NCBI GenBank assembly: GCA_942493105.1
Contig: OW818668.1
Location: 1,500,001-1,532,000 of the forward strand
DNA: 32,000 nucleotides
Direction of reading: 5' to 3'
Origin: an uncultured Erysipelotrichaceae bacterium
Lineage (GTDB): Bacteria; Bacillota_I; Bacilli_A; Erysipelotrichales; Erysipelotrichaceae
A model generated the notes under the pieces. It did not search any database. It saw only the letters and a program-made list of their open reading frames with translations, and was not told where the DNA came from. Of this stretch, positions 1 to 8,814 are shown piece after piece; the first letter of the stretch is position 1; every line of letters begins with the position of its first letter. The position numbers were made by a program, and so were the translations under genes.

Positions 1-1
1 T

Positions 2-631
2 TTTATAAAAGGGAAATATGCGCATGGCTCAATGCCTCAAGAAGGCATCAATGCTGCATGGCATTGTTTGAATTTTGTTGGTTCTGCTTATGATGATGAA
101 ACGGCATTTGAATTGGCTCATCTCTTAAAAGAATATCGCGGAGATGATTTAGGGATACGGATCTTTGGATCACATATGGGATTTCTAACCGTTAATTTGG
201 GCATGATCAATATTGCGAATCATCAAATTGACCTTGTCTTGGATATTCGTTATCCCCAAGAAACCAACGAAATCACGATCTTAACGAATATTCAAAAAGC
301 TTTAGATAACAAATGCCCTGAACTCAAAGTTTCAATCAAGGAACACAAAGGTCCTTTATTTGTCGATCCTAAAAGTAAACTTGTATCAACCCTTGAGAAA
401 ATTTACCGTGACTATAGCCAAGATCATCAGAGTCAATTGATGACCATGGGGGGGGGGACTTATGCGCGCTCTTTTGACAATTTCGTAGCTTTTGGAGCTG
501 AATTTCCCTTAAAGAAACGTCCATCTTGGGTAGGCAATGTTCATCAAGCTGATGAAGGTTATGAGATTGAACAATTGGTGATGGCTACCGCAATCTATGC
601 TCAAGCCATTTATGATTTGACAAGTAACTGA
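2..631 (+). CDS. pepV: M20-family dipeptidase (PepV/YtjP-like), C-terminal part; 5' end lies outside the window
   Basis: The frame is open from nt 2 (FIKGKYAHGSMPQEGINA...), upstream of the ORF-track Met at 32. It carries M20 dipeptidase-type motifs GKxAHGSxPxxGxNA, GGGTYAR and HQADE. Stop is TGA at 629-631. It sits next to trmB as ytjP-region genes do in Bacillus. Confidence 0.75.
   Translation, partial: FIKGKYAHGSMPQEGINAAWHCLNFVGSAYDDETAFELAHLLKEYRGDDLGIRIFGSHMGFLTVNLGMINIANHQIDLVLDIRYPQETNEITILTNIQKALDNKCPELKVSIKEHKGPLFVDPKSKLVSTLEKIYRDYSQDHQSQLMTMGGGTYARSFDNFVAFGAEFPLKKRPSWVGNVHQADEGYEIEQLVMATAIYAQAIYDLTSN
448..457 (+). repeat. G10 homopolymer tract inside the dipeptidase CDS
   Basis: Read directly: cc atg ggg ggg ggg act. 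The G of ATG plus three GGG codons encode the conserved GGG of the GGGTYA motif. Confidence 0.95.
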
Positions 632-632
632 C

Positions 633-1259
633 ATGCGGATGCGTAATAAACCTTGGGCTCAAGATTTCTTGATGCACCATCCAAAAGCTGTATTGGATCC
701 AAAACCTAACAAAGGGTTTTGGAAAGATAAATATCAAAAATTGATTCTTGAGATTGGCAGTGGAAAAGGCCAATACATTTTTGATTTAGCAAAAGCTCAT
801 CCCGAGTATCGTTTCATTGCCTTAGAGAAAGATAAGAATGTTTCAGCGACTGCCTTAAAAAAACCTGAAGTACTAGAGTTAAGTAACTTAGTTTGGATCA
901 ACAATGGGGCAGAATTGCTTCATGAATGGTTTTCTGAAGGGGAACTCGATGAGATCCATCTTAATTTCAGTGATCCTTGGCCAAAGAAACACCATGAGAA
1001 ACGTCGATTAACCTCCAAGACCTTTGTACCTGGATTTCTTAAACTGTTAAATCAAAACGGACTCATTAAGTTTAAAACTGACAATCAAAAACTGTTTGAA
1101 TATACGATCTTACAGATGCAGGATTATGCCTTGGAGATGGTTTTCTTTAGTGTCAATTATATTCATGATCCTAAAGAAGAAGATGCTTATACAGAATATG
1201 AGATGAAATTCAATGCGCTCAATCAACCGATATATCGTGCAGTCTGGAGGAAGAAATGA
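633..1259 (+). CDS. trmB: tRNA (guanine46-N7)-methyltransferase
   Basis: N-terminus MRMRNKPWA, LNFSDPWPKKHHEKRRL, FKTDN and the C-terminal QPIYRA closely follow B. subtilis TrmB as I recall it. Length of 208 aa is as expected. The start is 1 nt after the pepV stop. Confidence 0.9.
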   Translation: MRMRNKPWAQDFLMHHPKAVLDPKPNKGFWKDKYQKLILEIGSGKGQYIFDLAKAHPEYRFIALEKDKNVSATALKKPEVLELSNLVWINNGAELLHEWFSEGELDEIHLNFSDPWPKKHHEKRRLTSKTFVPGFLKLLNQNGLIKFKTDNQKLFEYTILQMQDYALEMVFFSVNYIHDPKEEDAYTEYEMKFNALNQPIYRAVWRKK

Positions 1260-2344
1260 AACTTAGCCAAGAAACATTAGATTTGATGAAGGAATTGACA
1301 CAAGCTTTTGGGATACCGGGAGATGAAAAAGAAGTCAGCAGGATTTTATCTGCCTACTACAAAGAACTTGCTGATGAAGTCATCTATGATAATCTTGGAT
1401 CAGTTTTCGCAATCAAGAAGAGTGTGAATCCAAAGGCAAAAACTTTAATGATTGCTGGTCATATGGATGAGGTAGGTTTCATTGTCACCAAAATCAACGA
1501 GAAGGGCTCTTTAAGCATTACACCCATGGGTGGATGGTGGAATCAAACCTTGTTGGGACAAAGAGTCTTGATTAAGACAAAAAGCGGTAAAAAGATAAAA
1601 GGGACCATCGGTTCAATTCCACCTCATCTATTGACCGAGAAAGAACGTAATGCTCCAACTGAGATTAAAAATATGTTGGTCGATATTGGTCAAACCTCAA
1701 AGAAAGAAGCTGAAGACTGTGGGATTTATTGTGGGGCACCAGTTATTTTAGAAGGATCGTTTGAGATTTTAGAAGGGGATCAACGTTTATTATCTAAAGC
1801 CTGGGATAATCGATATGGATGCATCATGGGTATTGAGTTGCTTCGGGAATTAAAAGATGTACAACTGGATGTTAATCTGGTCGTTGGGGCAACGGTTCAA
1901 GAAGAAGTTGGGATCCGTGGTGCACAGACTTCAGCCTATATGATCAAACCAGATGCAGCCATTGTCTTTGATTGCTCACCAGCCAATGATGCCTCCGGAG
2001 ACAAAGATTCATTTGGACAATTGGGAAAAGGACCTTTAGTTCGCTTCATCGATGCTAATTATCTGCCACATAGAGGCTTTGTTCATCATTATACCGACTT
2101 ATTAGAAGCCAATGATATTCCGTTTCAGTACTATCAATCAATGGGTGGAACAGATGCTGGAGCCATCCACAAGTCGTTTGATGGTGTAATGACTTTAACC
2201 ATGTGCATTTGTGCCAGAAACATTCACACCAATTCTTCGATCATCGATGTTTCTGATTATATCCATGCTAAACAAGCAGCCTTAGCGATGGTAGCTTCCT
2301 TGACGTCAAACACCATCGAAGATCTAAAAAAAGTGATACAATAA
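1256..2344 (+). CDS. M42-family glutamyl aminopeptidase (YtoP/YsdC-like)
   Basis: IPGDEKEV, AGHMDEVGF, AWDNRYGC, VQEEVGIRGA and GGTDAG motifs are typical of M42 peptidases. Length is 362 aa. There is an ATGA overlap with the trmB stop. Confidence 0.85.
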   Translation: MKLSQETLDLMKELTQAFGIPGDEKEVSRILSAYYKELADEVIYDNLGSVFAIKKSVNPKAKTLMIAGHMDEVGFIVTKINEKGSLSITPMGGWWNQTLLGQRVLIKTKSGKKIKGTIGSIPPHLLTEKERNAPTEIKNMLVDIGQTSKKEAEDCGIYCGAPVILEGSFEILEGDQRLLSKAWDNRYGCIMGIELLRELKDVQLDVNLVVGATVQEEVGIRGAQTSAYMIKPDAAIVFDCSPANDASGDKDSFGQLGKGPLVRFIDANYLPHRGFVHHYTDLLEANDIPFQYYQSMGGTDAGAIHKSFDGVMTLTMCICARNIHTNSSIIDVSDYIHAKQAALAMVASLTSNTIEDLKKVIQ

Positions 2345-2348
2345 AGCT

Positions 2349-3023
2349 ATGAAAAGAAGAATAATCTTTCTTATTTTGATTCTGCTTGGATTGAGTGCTT
2401 GTTCAGAGTTGACCAAAGAGAATCTTATGGTCAGTCTTAAGGCTTCTGCTGATAAGGCAGAAACACTTAAAGTCAACACAAGCGTCAACATCCGCAAAGG
2501 ACTTTACAGTTTCTATTTGCCAGCTCATATCGGTAGGAAATCTTCAACGGTGACTTCTTCCATTTTGAGCAGCAACAATGTCAACATTTTGATGAATCTT
2601 GATGTCATCGATGTTATCAGTGATAACTATTATGAATCATCCAAGTCATTTAAGTCGATGTTGGCAGCTACAGAAAATGTACTGACCTTTGATGGTATTT
2701 TTCTCAATTCAAAAGAAAAACCCATACCTTATCGGGTCAGTGTTTTAGAAGTTAGTGAAAACAGAGTACTACTGACGATGGAAGGTGGTTACTTTATGTT
2801 TGTAGCCATCACTCCTCTTACATTGAGTACAGAAATACTAGCTGACATGATCCAGATCGCTAGAACATGCGATGTCGACAGCGCGGCTGTCTTATTGTCT
2901 TATTCAACAAGAGAATCAATTAATTATCAGAAAGAAACTCTGGATATGTTTTCACAGATTGCTCCAGAATCCGGTACGATATTGGATATGATTTCTGGAG
3001 ATAATTCAATTGACATACCATAA
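2349..3023 (+). CDS. hypothetical lipoprotein
   Basis: N-terminus MKRRIIFLILILLGLSAC has a positively charged n-region, a hydrophobic core and an L-S-A-C lipobox. I recognise no other domain. It starts 4 nt after the M42 stop and has no Shine-Dalgarno. Confidence 0.6.
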   Translation: MKRRIIFLILILLGLSACSELTKENLMVSLKASADKAETLKVNTSVNIRKGLYSFYLPAHIGRKSSTVTSSILSSNNVNILMNLDVIDVISDNYYESSKSFKSMLAATENVLTFDGIFLNSKEKPIPYRVSVLEVSENRVLLTMEGGYFMFVAITPLTLSTEILADMIQIARTCDVDSAAVLLSYSTRESINYQKETLDMFSQIAPESGTILDMISGDNSIDIP

Positions 3024-3056
3024 AAGCAATCGTATTACCACCAAAGGGAGAACCCT

Positions 3057-3746
3057 ATGTTTAAAAAACTAGTGTCATTGTTGTTTGAAGAAGAAGTTGT
3101 TGAAGAACCTGTTGAGAATAAAGAAGAACTGAGTCGAATCAAGAAACAAACCGAACCCATCAGGAAAGTCCCTGATCCTGTTTATGTCGAACCAGAACCA
3201 ATTGAGAAACCAAAACGAAGCAGTTTTGAAAACATCGTTGTCGATGATTCTGGTAAGAATCCACCTTCAAAATCTTTTGACGAGAATGATAGAAGTGAAT
3301 CAGTTCGATCATCAGAACCTGCTTTTTTTGATCGCAAACCCAATCCAACCAAGGATGTCTATGAGTTTAAGCCAGTGATCAGTCCTATGTTTGGAGTCAA
3401 AGAATCTGAAAAAGAACATATTCGACCAAGTTTTGTTCAGACAGCTGAAGTGAAAAACGACAGTCATCTTCAAACGGTCATCAGTCCTTATTATGGCGCT
3501 ATTCATAAAGATAAGAAAACAGGTCCGGCATTAAGCAGTGGACCCGTGTCGATGGAACCAACACCTTTTAAAGCCAAGGTAGCTGAATATGTTGAAGAAG
3601 TCAAACCAGTCATTATAGATAACATCTCGCTTGAAGATCTCATTAAACCTCAAGATATCAAATCAGAAGTTAATGAAACTACTGTTGAAGAGCCAACTGA
3701 AGTCATAGAGGACATTACCCAATTCTCTTTGTTTGGAGAGGATTAA
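3057..3746 (+). CDS. hypothetical acidic, proline/glutamate/lysine/serine-rich (probably disordered) protein
   Basis: Good SD (AAGGGAGA) lies 5-6 nt upstream. The N-terminus MFKKLVSLLFEEE is predicted to be amphipathic. The body is long and low-complexity. The C-terminus is ...DITQFSLFGED. The stop lies 1 nt before the murC ATG. I recognise no family. Confidence 0.55.
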   Translation: MFKKLVSLLFEEEVVEEPVENKEELSRIKKQTEPIRKVPDPVYVEPEPIEKPKRSSFENIVVDDSGKNPPSKSFDENDRSESVRSSEPAFFDRKPNPTKDVYEFKPVISPMFGVKESEKEHIRPSFVQTAEVKNDSHLQTVISPYYGAIHKDKKTGPALSSGPVSMEPTPFKAKVAEYVEEVKPVIIDNISLEDLIKPQDIKSEVNETTVEEPTEVIEDITQFSLFGED

Positions 3747-3747
3747 A

Positions 3748-5052
3748 ATGCTTTTTTTTGTTGGTATTAAAGGCGCCGGAATGGCAGCATTGGCTTGCAT
3801 GATGAAAGAAATGGGAGAGCATGTAGAAGGCTCAGACCTAGATAAACATTTTTTTACAGAAGAACAACTTCATGAATTGCATATCCCTATTCATTCTTTT
3901 GGATTCTATCCAAGTGATGGGGCAACCATCATCATCGGGAATGCTTTTAAAGAAGATTTTGAGGATGTTATCCATATTCGTCAAAATCCTACATATAAAG
4001 TGTATCGTTATCATGAATTTTTAGGGCAATTAGCCAAGAATTATGTCACAGTTGCTTTAACCGGTTCCCATGGTAAAACAACGACGACCACGATGATGGC
4101 GTCTATTTTACGCCAATATAAAGAAACTGCTTACTTAATTGGAGATGGCCATGGCCATTTATCAAAAGATTCCTACTATTTGGCGATCGAAGCTGACGAA
4201 TACCGTCGTTTTTTTCATTCGTATTATCCAAAGTATGCAGTAATTACCAATGTTGATTTAGATCACGTTGACTATTATAAAGATGAAGCTGATTATCGCC
4301 AAGCTTATGAAGATTTCGCTGATAACGTAAGTGATACATTGATCCTATTTGGTGATGATCTTCAGGTCAGACAGCTTCGTCTTACTAAAAAACATATTTT
4401 TTATGGCATTGATCCTAAAAATGATGTTTATGCCGAAATCTTAGAAGAAGATACTCATCATACTCGTTTTAACCTTTACTATCATAAAGAAAATCTTGGA
4501 GAAATAACTTTGCCTTTTTCAGGAAGACATTTGGTTTGGAATGCTTTAGGAACCATTACCGTGGCTTTGCTTGAAAAGATCCCGCTTCATCTTATTCAAA
4601 AAGGTCTTAATGAATTTAAAGGGGCTTCACGACGTTTTGTTGTGGAAACCATAAAAGACAATGTTTATATTGATGATTATGCTCATCATCCAACTGAAGT
4701 CAGTGTAACGATCGATGCGGCTAAATTAAGATATCCAACAAAACCTTTGATTGCGATTTTTAAGCCTCATCGAGTATCACGTTTAGCTCATTTTGCGGAT
4801 GAGTTTGCACATGCTCTTGATAAAGCGGATTTCGTTTATTTGATTGACTTCAATGCGATCGATGATAAAGAAACTGGCATCGATATCGACATTACTTACC
4901 TACAAAAACGCTGCAAGAATGCTAAGGTCATCACTGAAGATCAAGCAGGTGCCATAATTTTGGCTCAACATGCTCCAGCATGTTACTTATTTATGAGTTC
5001 TAAGGATATTTATATCCTGTCAGATGCATTAAAGCGCTATCAGAATTCTTGA
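3748..5052 (+). CDS. murC: UDP-N-acetylmuramate--L-alanine ligase
   Basis: MLFFVGIKGAGMAALA...GSD N-terminal Rossmann, the Mur-ligase P-loop TGSHGKTTTT, EADEYRRFF and DDYAHHPTE are collinear with B. subtilis MurC. GGAGAGG SD precedes the ATG at 3748. The ORF-track TTG at 3733 overlaps the previous gene and is not needed. Confidence 0.9.
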   Translation: MLFFVGIKGAGMAALACMMKEMGEHVEGSDLDKHFFTEEQLHELHIPIHSFGFYPSDGATIIIGNAFKEDFEDVIHIRQNPTYKVYRYHEFLGQLAKNYVTVALTGSHGKTTTTTMMASILRQYKETAYLIGDGHGHLSKDSYYLAIEADEYRRFFHSYYPKYAVITNVDLDHVDYYKDEADYRQAYEDFADNVSDTLILFGDDLQVRQLRLTKKHIFYGIDPKNDVYAEILEEDTHHTRFNLYYHKENLGEITLPFSGRHLVWNALGTITVALLEKIPLHLIQKGLNEFKGASRRFVVETIKDNVYIDDYAHHPTEVSVTIDAAKLRYPTKPLIAIFKPHRVSRLAHFADEFAHALDKADFVYLIDFNAIDDKETGIDIDITYLQKRCKNAKVITEDQAGAIILAQHAPACYLFMSSKDIYILSDALKRYQNS

Positions 5053-5077
5053 AAATTCTTACATTTTCGTTTATACT
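5049..5077 (+). promoter_or_regulatory. candidate sigma-A promoter for the ytxG-like/ccpA group
   Basis: TTGAAA (5049-5054), 17 nt spacer, TATACT (5072-5077). GAGGTG SD follows and the ATG is at 5095. Confidence 0.5.
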
Positions 5078-5094
5078 GTATTTGAGGTGATAAT

Positions 5095-5469
5095 ATGGAT
5101 GCACTATTAGATTCTTTATCGAGCATTTCATTGAAATTGCTGCCAATTTTAGCGGTCGCAATATTTGTTATGCTCATCATTTTATTGAGGAAAAGCTTTG
5201 ATTTGTTTAAAAAAGTAGAAACGACTTTAGATCAAGTTGACGCAACAATGAAAAAGATCGATGGACCACTCAATACCGTGGTTGCAGTATCCAAAACCAT
5301 CGATATGGTCAACAGTGCTGCTGAAAATGCAGTTAAAACCTTGGCAGTATCTGCTGTTAAAAACTATGAATTCATATCTGAATGGGTTAAAGAGAATATC
5401 TTAAAACGTAAAGAAAAAGTTAAGAGCAGTGATCAAGAAGAAATCACCGAGGATGAACTCGGACTATAG
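5095..5469 (+). CDS. DUF948-like membrane protein (YtxG-like)
   Basis: A single N-terminal TM helix (LKLLPILAVAIFVMLIILL) is followed by a helical region resembling B. subtilis YtxG. It has the same position, immediately after murC. Confidence 0.6.
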   Translation: MDALLDSLSSISLKLLPILAVAIFVMLIILLRKSFDLFKKVETTLDQVDATMKKIDGPLNTVVAVSKTIDMVNSAAENAVKTLAVSAVKNYEFISEWVKENILKRKEKVKSSDQEEITEDELGL

Positions 5470-5477
5470 GAGCACTC

Positions 5478-5843
5478 ATGAACAATAACTTTAAAGAAGA
5501 ATTAGACAAATTGATTGAAAAAGCCAATAAGTTTGCGGATGACAATCATCTGAAAGAAAATCTTGAATCTTTCAGAGATGATCTTGTTGAGTTGGCCAAT
5601 AAAACAGGTAAGAAAATCGATGAAATCGTTCACGATGAAGAACTCAAAGCTAAGGTCGTAGACGGAGCCAATCAAGTCAAAGAAGGGGCCATTAAAGGCG
5701 CTAAGTATGTTGGAGACAAAACAACTGAATTCTTTGAAAGACCAGACGTACAGGAAAACATCGAAAAAGCCAAGGATAAAACCATCGAGGTTGCAGAAAA
5801 AGGCGTAGAAGCTCTCAAGAAAGCCCTCAAGAACAAGGAGTAG
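5478..5843 (+). CDS. hypothetical K/E-rich helical protein (occupies the YtxH position)
   Basis: GGAG SD is present. The protein is 121 aa with no TM segment and a strongly helical, coiled-coil-like composition. Assignment is by position only. Confidence 0.45.
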   Translation: MNNNFKEELDKLIEKANKFADDNHLKENLESFRDDLVELANKTGKKIDEIVHDEELKAKVVDGANQVKEGAIKGAKYVGDKTTEFFERPDVQENIEKAKDKTIEVAEKGVEALKKALKNKE

Positions 5844-5845
5844 TT

Positions 5846-6835
5846 ATGAAGCGTGTTACCATCTATGATGTCGCCAACGAGGCCAATGTGTCTTTGGCAA
5901 CGGTTTCGCGCGTCATCAACGGACTAGAAATCGTAAGAGAAGATACCCGTAACCGGGTCAATCAAGCTATCGATAAGTTGGGCTATAAACCCAATGCGAT
6001 CGCTCAAGGACTGGCCTTACAAAAAACAACATCCATTGCTTTGCTGATCCCGGAAGCAAGTTTTTCCTATACTGGACAAATCATCAATGGTTTATTGGAT
6101 GTTGCTAAGATCTATAAATACAATATTACTTTACATACGACCAGTGAAGCCATCATGCAGATTGGTGATATCATCGAAAACATCATCAAATCCAGAGTAG
6201 ATGGTGTCATCATCTACAATGACAAACTCATGGTCGATGAGTTGACCGCTTTAACGAAGTATCAATTTCCAATCGTATTGGTTGGTAATCAGATGAGTTC
6301 CGAAAATATCGCATCGGTGTATGTCAACCTTCAAAAAGCGATGTATGAATTGGTTTCATCTTATCTTGAACAAGGCAAGACAGATATCGCAATCGTTCAA
6401 GACCGTAAAAACAAATATATGGTGGAGCAACTTATTTTAGGTGCTTCTCAGGCCTTTGAGAAAAAAGGTCTTGTGTTTAAGAACTTTATTGAAATTCCCC
6501 GTGAATATAGAAGTTCATATGCTTATCTTAAAGAGTATCTTAGAAACAACAAACATGATTTGATCATTGCTCACCGTGATTCTCAAGCGATGGCAGTCAT
6601 CAATGCGGCTGCAGAAAATAACATTCGTATCCCTCAGGATATGGAAGTGGTCTGTGTCATGGATACAAAATACAATTCCATGGTTAGACCTCAAATCAGC
6701 AGTTTCGCGATTCCATCGTATGATTTGGGTGCTGTAGCCATGCGTGTCATGACCAAGATGCTCAATCAAAATCCTGTTGAAGAACGAGAAATCGAATTAA
6801 GTTATTTGTTTACACCACGTCAGTCAACTAAGTAA
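5846..6835 (+). CDS. ccpA: LacI-family catabolite control protein A
   Basis: The HTH VTIYDVANEANVSLATVSRVING and the C-terminal MVRPQISSF..YDLGAVAMRVMTKMLNQNPVEEREIEL align almost residue for residue with B. subtilis CcpA as recalled. Its synteny is between the ytx genes and tyrS. Confidence 0.8.
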   Translation: MKRVTIYDVANEANVSLATVSRVINGLEIVREDTRNRVNQAIDKLGYKPNAIAQGLALQKTTSIALLIPEASFSYTGQIINGLLDVAKIYKYNITLHTTSEAIMQIGDIIENIIKSRVDGVIIYNDKLMVDELTALTKYQFPIVLVGNQMSSENIASVYVNLQKAMYELVSSYLEQGKTDIAIVQDRKNKYMVEQLILGASQAFEKKGLVFKNFIEIPREYRSSYAYLKEYLRNNKHDLIIAHRDSQAMAVINAAAENNIRIPQDMEVVCVMDTKYNSMVRPQISSFAIPSYDLGAVAMRVMTKMLNQNPVEEREIELSYLFTPRQSTK

Positions 6836-6844
6836 ATCATTTAA

Positions 6845-7047
6845 AAGCGAAGATAAGTAAGAGTACTTAAGCGTTACGGTTTAGCGAGATAATGGTTGGT
6901 GAAAATTATCCCGTCATCTTAAGGAATACAACTTGGAGCTGCTTTATTTAAAGTAAAGCCGAAATCCCGCGTTATGGGTCAAAGTGATCAGCGAAAGCGT
7001 AACTAAGGTGGTACCGTGCAGACCAGCACCCTTGGAGGGTGCTTTTA
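6845..7047 (+). promoter_or_regulatory. T-box riboswitch leader, tyrosine-specific
   Basis: Stem-I GA/AGTA elements (gcgaagataagtaagagta) and a distal-loop-like GGTGAAA are present. The specifier loop GAA-UAC-A has the Tyr codon at 6927-6929. The conserved T-box AACTAAGGTGGTACCGTG is at 7001-7018. A terminator hairpin agcaccc/gggtgct (7025-7043) plus a T-run follows. It lies directly upstream of tyrS. Confidence 0.88.
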
Positions 7048-7063
7048 TATTGGAGGAAAAACT

Positions 7064-8314
7064 ATGAATTTATATGAGGAATTGAAATGGCGTGGCCTCA
7101 TCAAAGATATTACCGATGAAGAAGCTTTTATAGAGCGTCTTAAAAAGCCTCTAAGATTATACTGTGGTTTTGATCCTACAGCAGATTCTTTACACATCGG
7201 ATCTTTACAACAGATCTTACTTTTACGTAGATATCAACTGCATGGTCATACACCGATTGCCTTGATCGGAGATGCGACTGGAATGATTGGTGATCCTCGA
7301 CCCACGAGTGAGCGCAAACTGATGACCATCGAAGAAGTACGGTCTAATGGAACAAAAATCAAAGCACTGCTGGCTCGCTTTTTAGAACATCCTGGTTCAA
7401 GTAACTTTATTGCGGTCAATAATTATGATTGGCTATCTAAAATCGATATTCTAAGTTTCTTACGGGATTATGGAAAACATTTCAATGTGGCCTATATGAT
7501 CAATAAGGATACCATCTCATCTCGTCTATCCAGCGGGATCAGTTTTACAGAGTTTACCTATACGATCCTACAAGCCGTTGATTTCATGCATCTGTATCAA
7601 ACTTACGATTGCGAAGTTCAAATCGGTGGGTCTGATCAATGGGGCAATTTGACCAGTGGTACAGAACTCATTCGTCGAACGATGGATGATGCGAAAGTAT
7701 TTGGGGTCACATCACCTTTGATCACCAATACCGATGGTTCAAAATTTGGCAAATCTGAAGGTAAAAACATTTGGTTAAGTGCAGAAAAAACATCGCCTTA
7801 TGCATTCTATCAGTATTGGCTCAATGTTTCAGATTCAGACATCATCGACTTCATGAAGCGTTTATCCATGAAATCACCTGAAGAAATCATGAGTTATGAG
7901 ACAGGAGTCAAAACAGAAGGGCATCTTCGTTTAGCTCAAAAAGCCTTGGCTGAAGAATTGACTGAACTGGTCCATGGGTCAGAAGGATTAACACAATCAA
8001 AAAAGATCACAGAAGTCTTCTTTAGTGGTCAATGGCGCGATCTCAATTTAAATGATATCCTAGATGCGTTGAGTGATGCGCCAAGTCTTGAAAGCGATAT
8101 GGCTTTGCCTTTGATCGATGTGTTGACTCAAGGACAACTGGCCATCAGTAAACGAGAAGCCCGAGAACTGATTGAGAAGGGTTCCATCAGTGTCAATGGT
8201 GAAAAGATCACGGCTTTAGATTATGTTTTGAATAAAGAGAATGCCCTGCATCAACATGTCCATGTTTTGAAAAAAGGGAAGAAAAACTACTTCATCATGA
8301 AGTTAAAGGGGTAA
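7064..8314 (+). CDS. tyrS: tyrosine--tRNA ligase
   Basis: MNLYEELKWRGL N-terminus, an HIGH-type motif (LHIGSL), a KMSKS-type motif (KFGKS) and a C-terminal S4-like domain. GGAGG SD is at 7052-7056. The ORF-track start at 7016 lies inside the T-box terminator. Confidence 0.93.
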   Translation: MNLYEELKWRGLIKDITDEEAFIERLKKPLRLYCGFDPTADSLHIGSLQQILLLRRYQLHGHTPIALIGDATGMIGDPRPTSERKLMTIEEVRSNGTKIKALLARFLEHPGSSNFIAVNNYDWLSKIDILSFLRDYGKHFNVAYMINKDTISSRLSSGISFTEFTYTILQAVDFMHLYQTYDCEVQIGGSDQWGNLTSGTELIRRTMDDAKVFGVTSPLITNTDGSKFGKSEGKNIWLSAEKTSPYAFYQYWLNVSDSDIIDFMKRLSMKSPEEIMSYETGVKTEGHLRLAQKALAEELTELVHGSEGLTQSKKITEVFFSGQWRDLNLNDILDALSDAPSLESDMALPLIDVLTQGQLAISKREARELIEKGSISVNGEKITALDYVLNKENALHQHVHVLKKGKKNYFIMKLKG

Positions 8315-8315
8315 T

Positions 8316-8801
8316 ATGACCGATCAAGTCATCAGTTTATTAACAGTCGTCGTTGCAGGATTCGTCTTATTTATGAGAATCAAAGATTATCGCAAACACA
8401 AAGTCGTCATGAGCGAAGTCCTTCAAAGAGATAAACTCATCGAAAAATTCAAATTAAAAGGAACACGTGCTGCACTTTACTTGTTTGCAGTTGCAACACT
8501 AGCCTTTGTGGTCATGGCTTTCTATAACCCGGATCTATTCCAAGGTTTGACCTATATTGCTGTCTTTGGAATAATGACCTTTTCTGAATGGATCAACGTC
8601 CAAACAGTTGAGTTTATTCATATCTTTGAGAAAAGTGCCGTATATTCTGGCTTAGATTTTAGAATCAAAAGCATTCGTGCAGTCAGTCCAGCAACACGTC
8701 GCATGGTCAGTGTTGCCATGCTTGATGGAAAAACACACAGTGTTCCTGTAAGTGTCGGCGATAAACTTTCTGAACTTTTAAAGAACCGTAAGGCAAAATA
8801 G
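8316..8801 (+). CDS. hypothetical membrane protein (three predicted TM helices plus a ~60-aa C-terminal soluble domain)
   Basis: Hydrophobic segments are LLTVVVAGFVLFM, ALYLFAVATLAFVVMAF and LTYIAVFGIMTF. The start is 1 nt after the tyrS stop, with AAAGGGG upstream. I recognise no family. Confidence 0.55.
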   Translation: MTDQVISLLTVVVAGFVLFMRIKDYRKHKVVMSEVLQRDKLIEKFKLKGTRAALYLFAVATLAFVVMAFYNPDLFQGLTYIAVFGIMTFSEWINVQTVEFIHIFEKSAVYSGLDFRIKSIRAVSPATRRMVSVAMLDGKTHSVPVSVGDKLSELLKNRKAK

Positions 8802-8814
8802 CCTGTGCTATAAT

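Noticed and set aside
3160-3506. Three short overlapping ORFs (both strands) inside the disordered-protein gene
   Set aside because: They are explained by the biased, stop-poor composition of this low-complexity region. None has a start context.
3057-3746. Idea that the disordered protein is a decayed remnant of the FtsK-like sftA gene that neighbours murC in B. subtilis
   Set aside because: No Walker A/P-loop or FtsK motor motifs are visible. I cannot recall the SftA N-terminal sequence reliably enough to compare, so the idea is unsupported.
7016-7063. ORF-track N-terminal extension of tyrS (GTG start, MQTSTLGGCFYIGGKT...)
   Set aside because: It runs through the T-box motif and terminator hairpin. 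The conserved TyrRS N-terminus begins at the ATG at 7064, which has a GGAGG SD.
8089-8102. cre-like sequence TGAAAGCGATATGG (a possible CcpA site)
   Set aside because: It mismatches the conserved 3' half of the cre consensus (..CA) and lies deep inside the tyrS coding sequence. It is likely chance.
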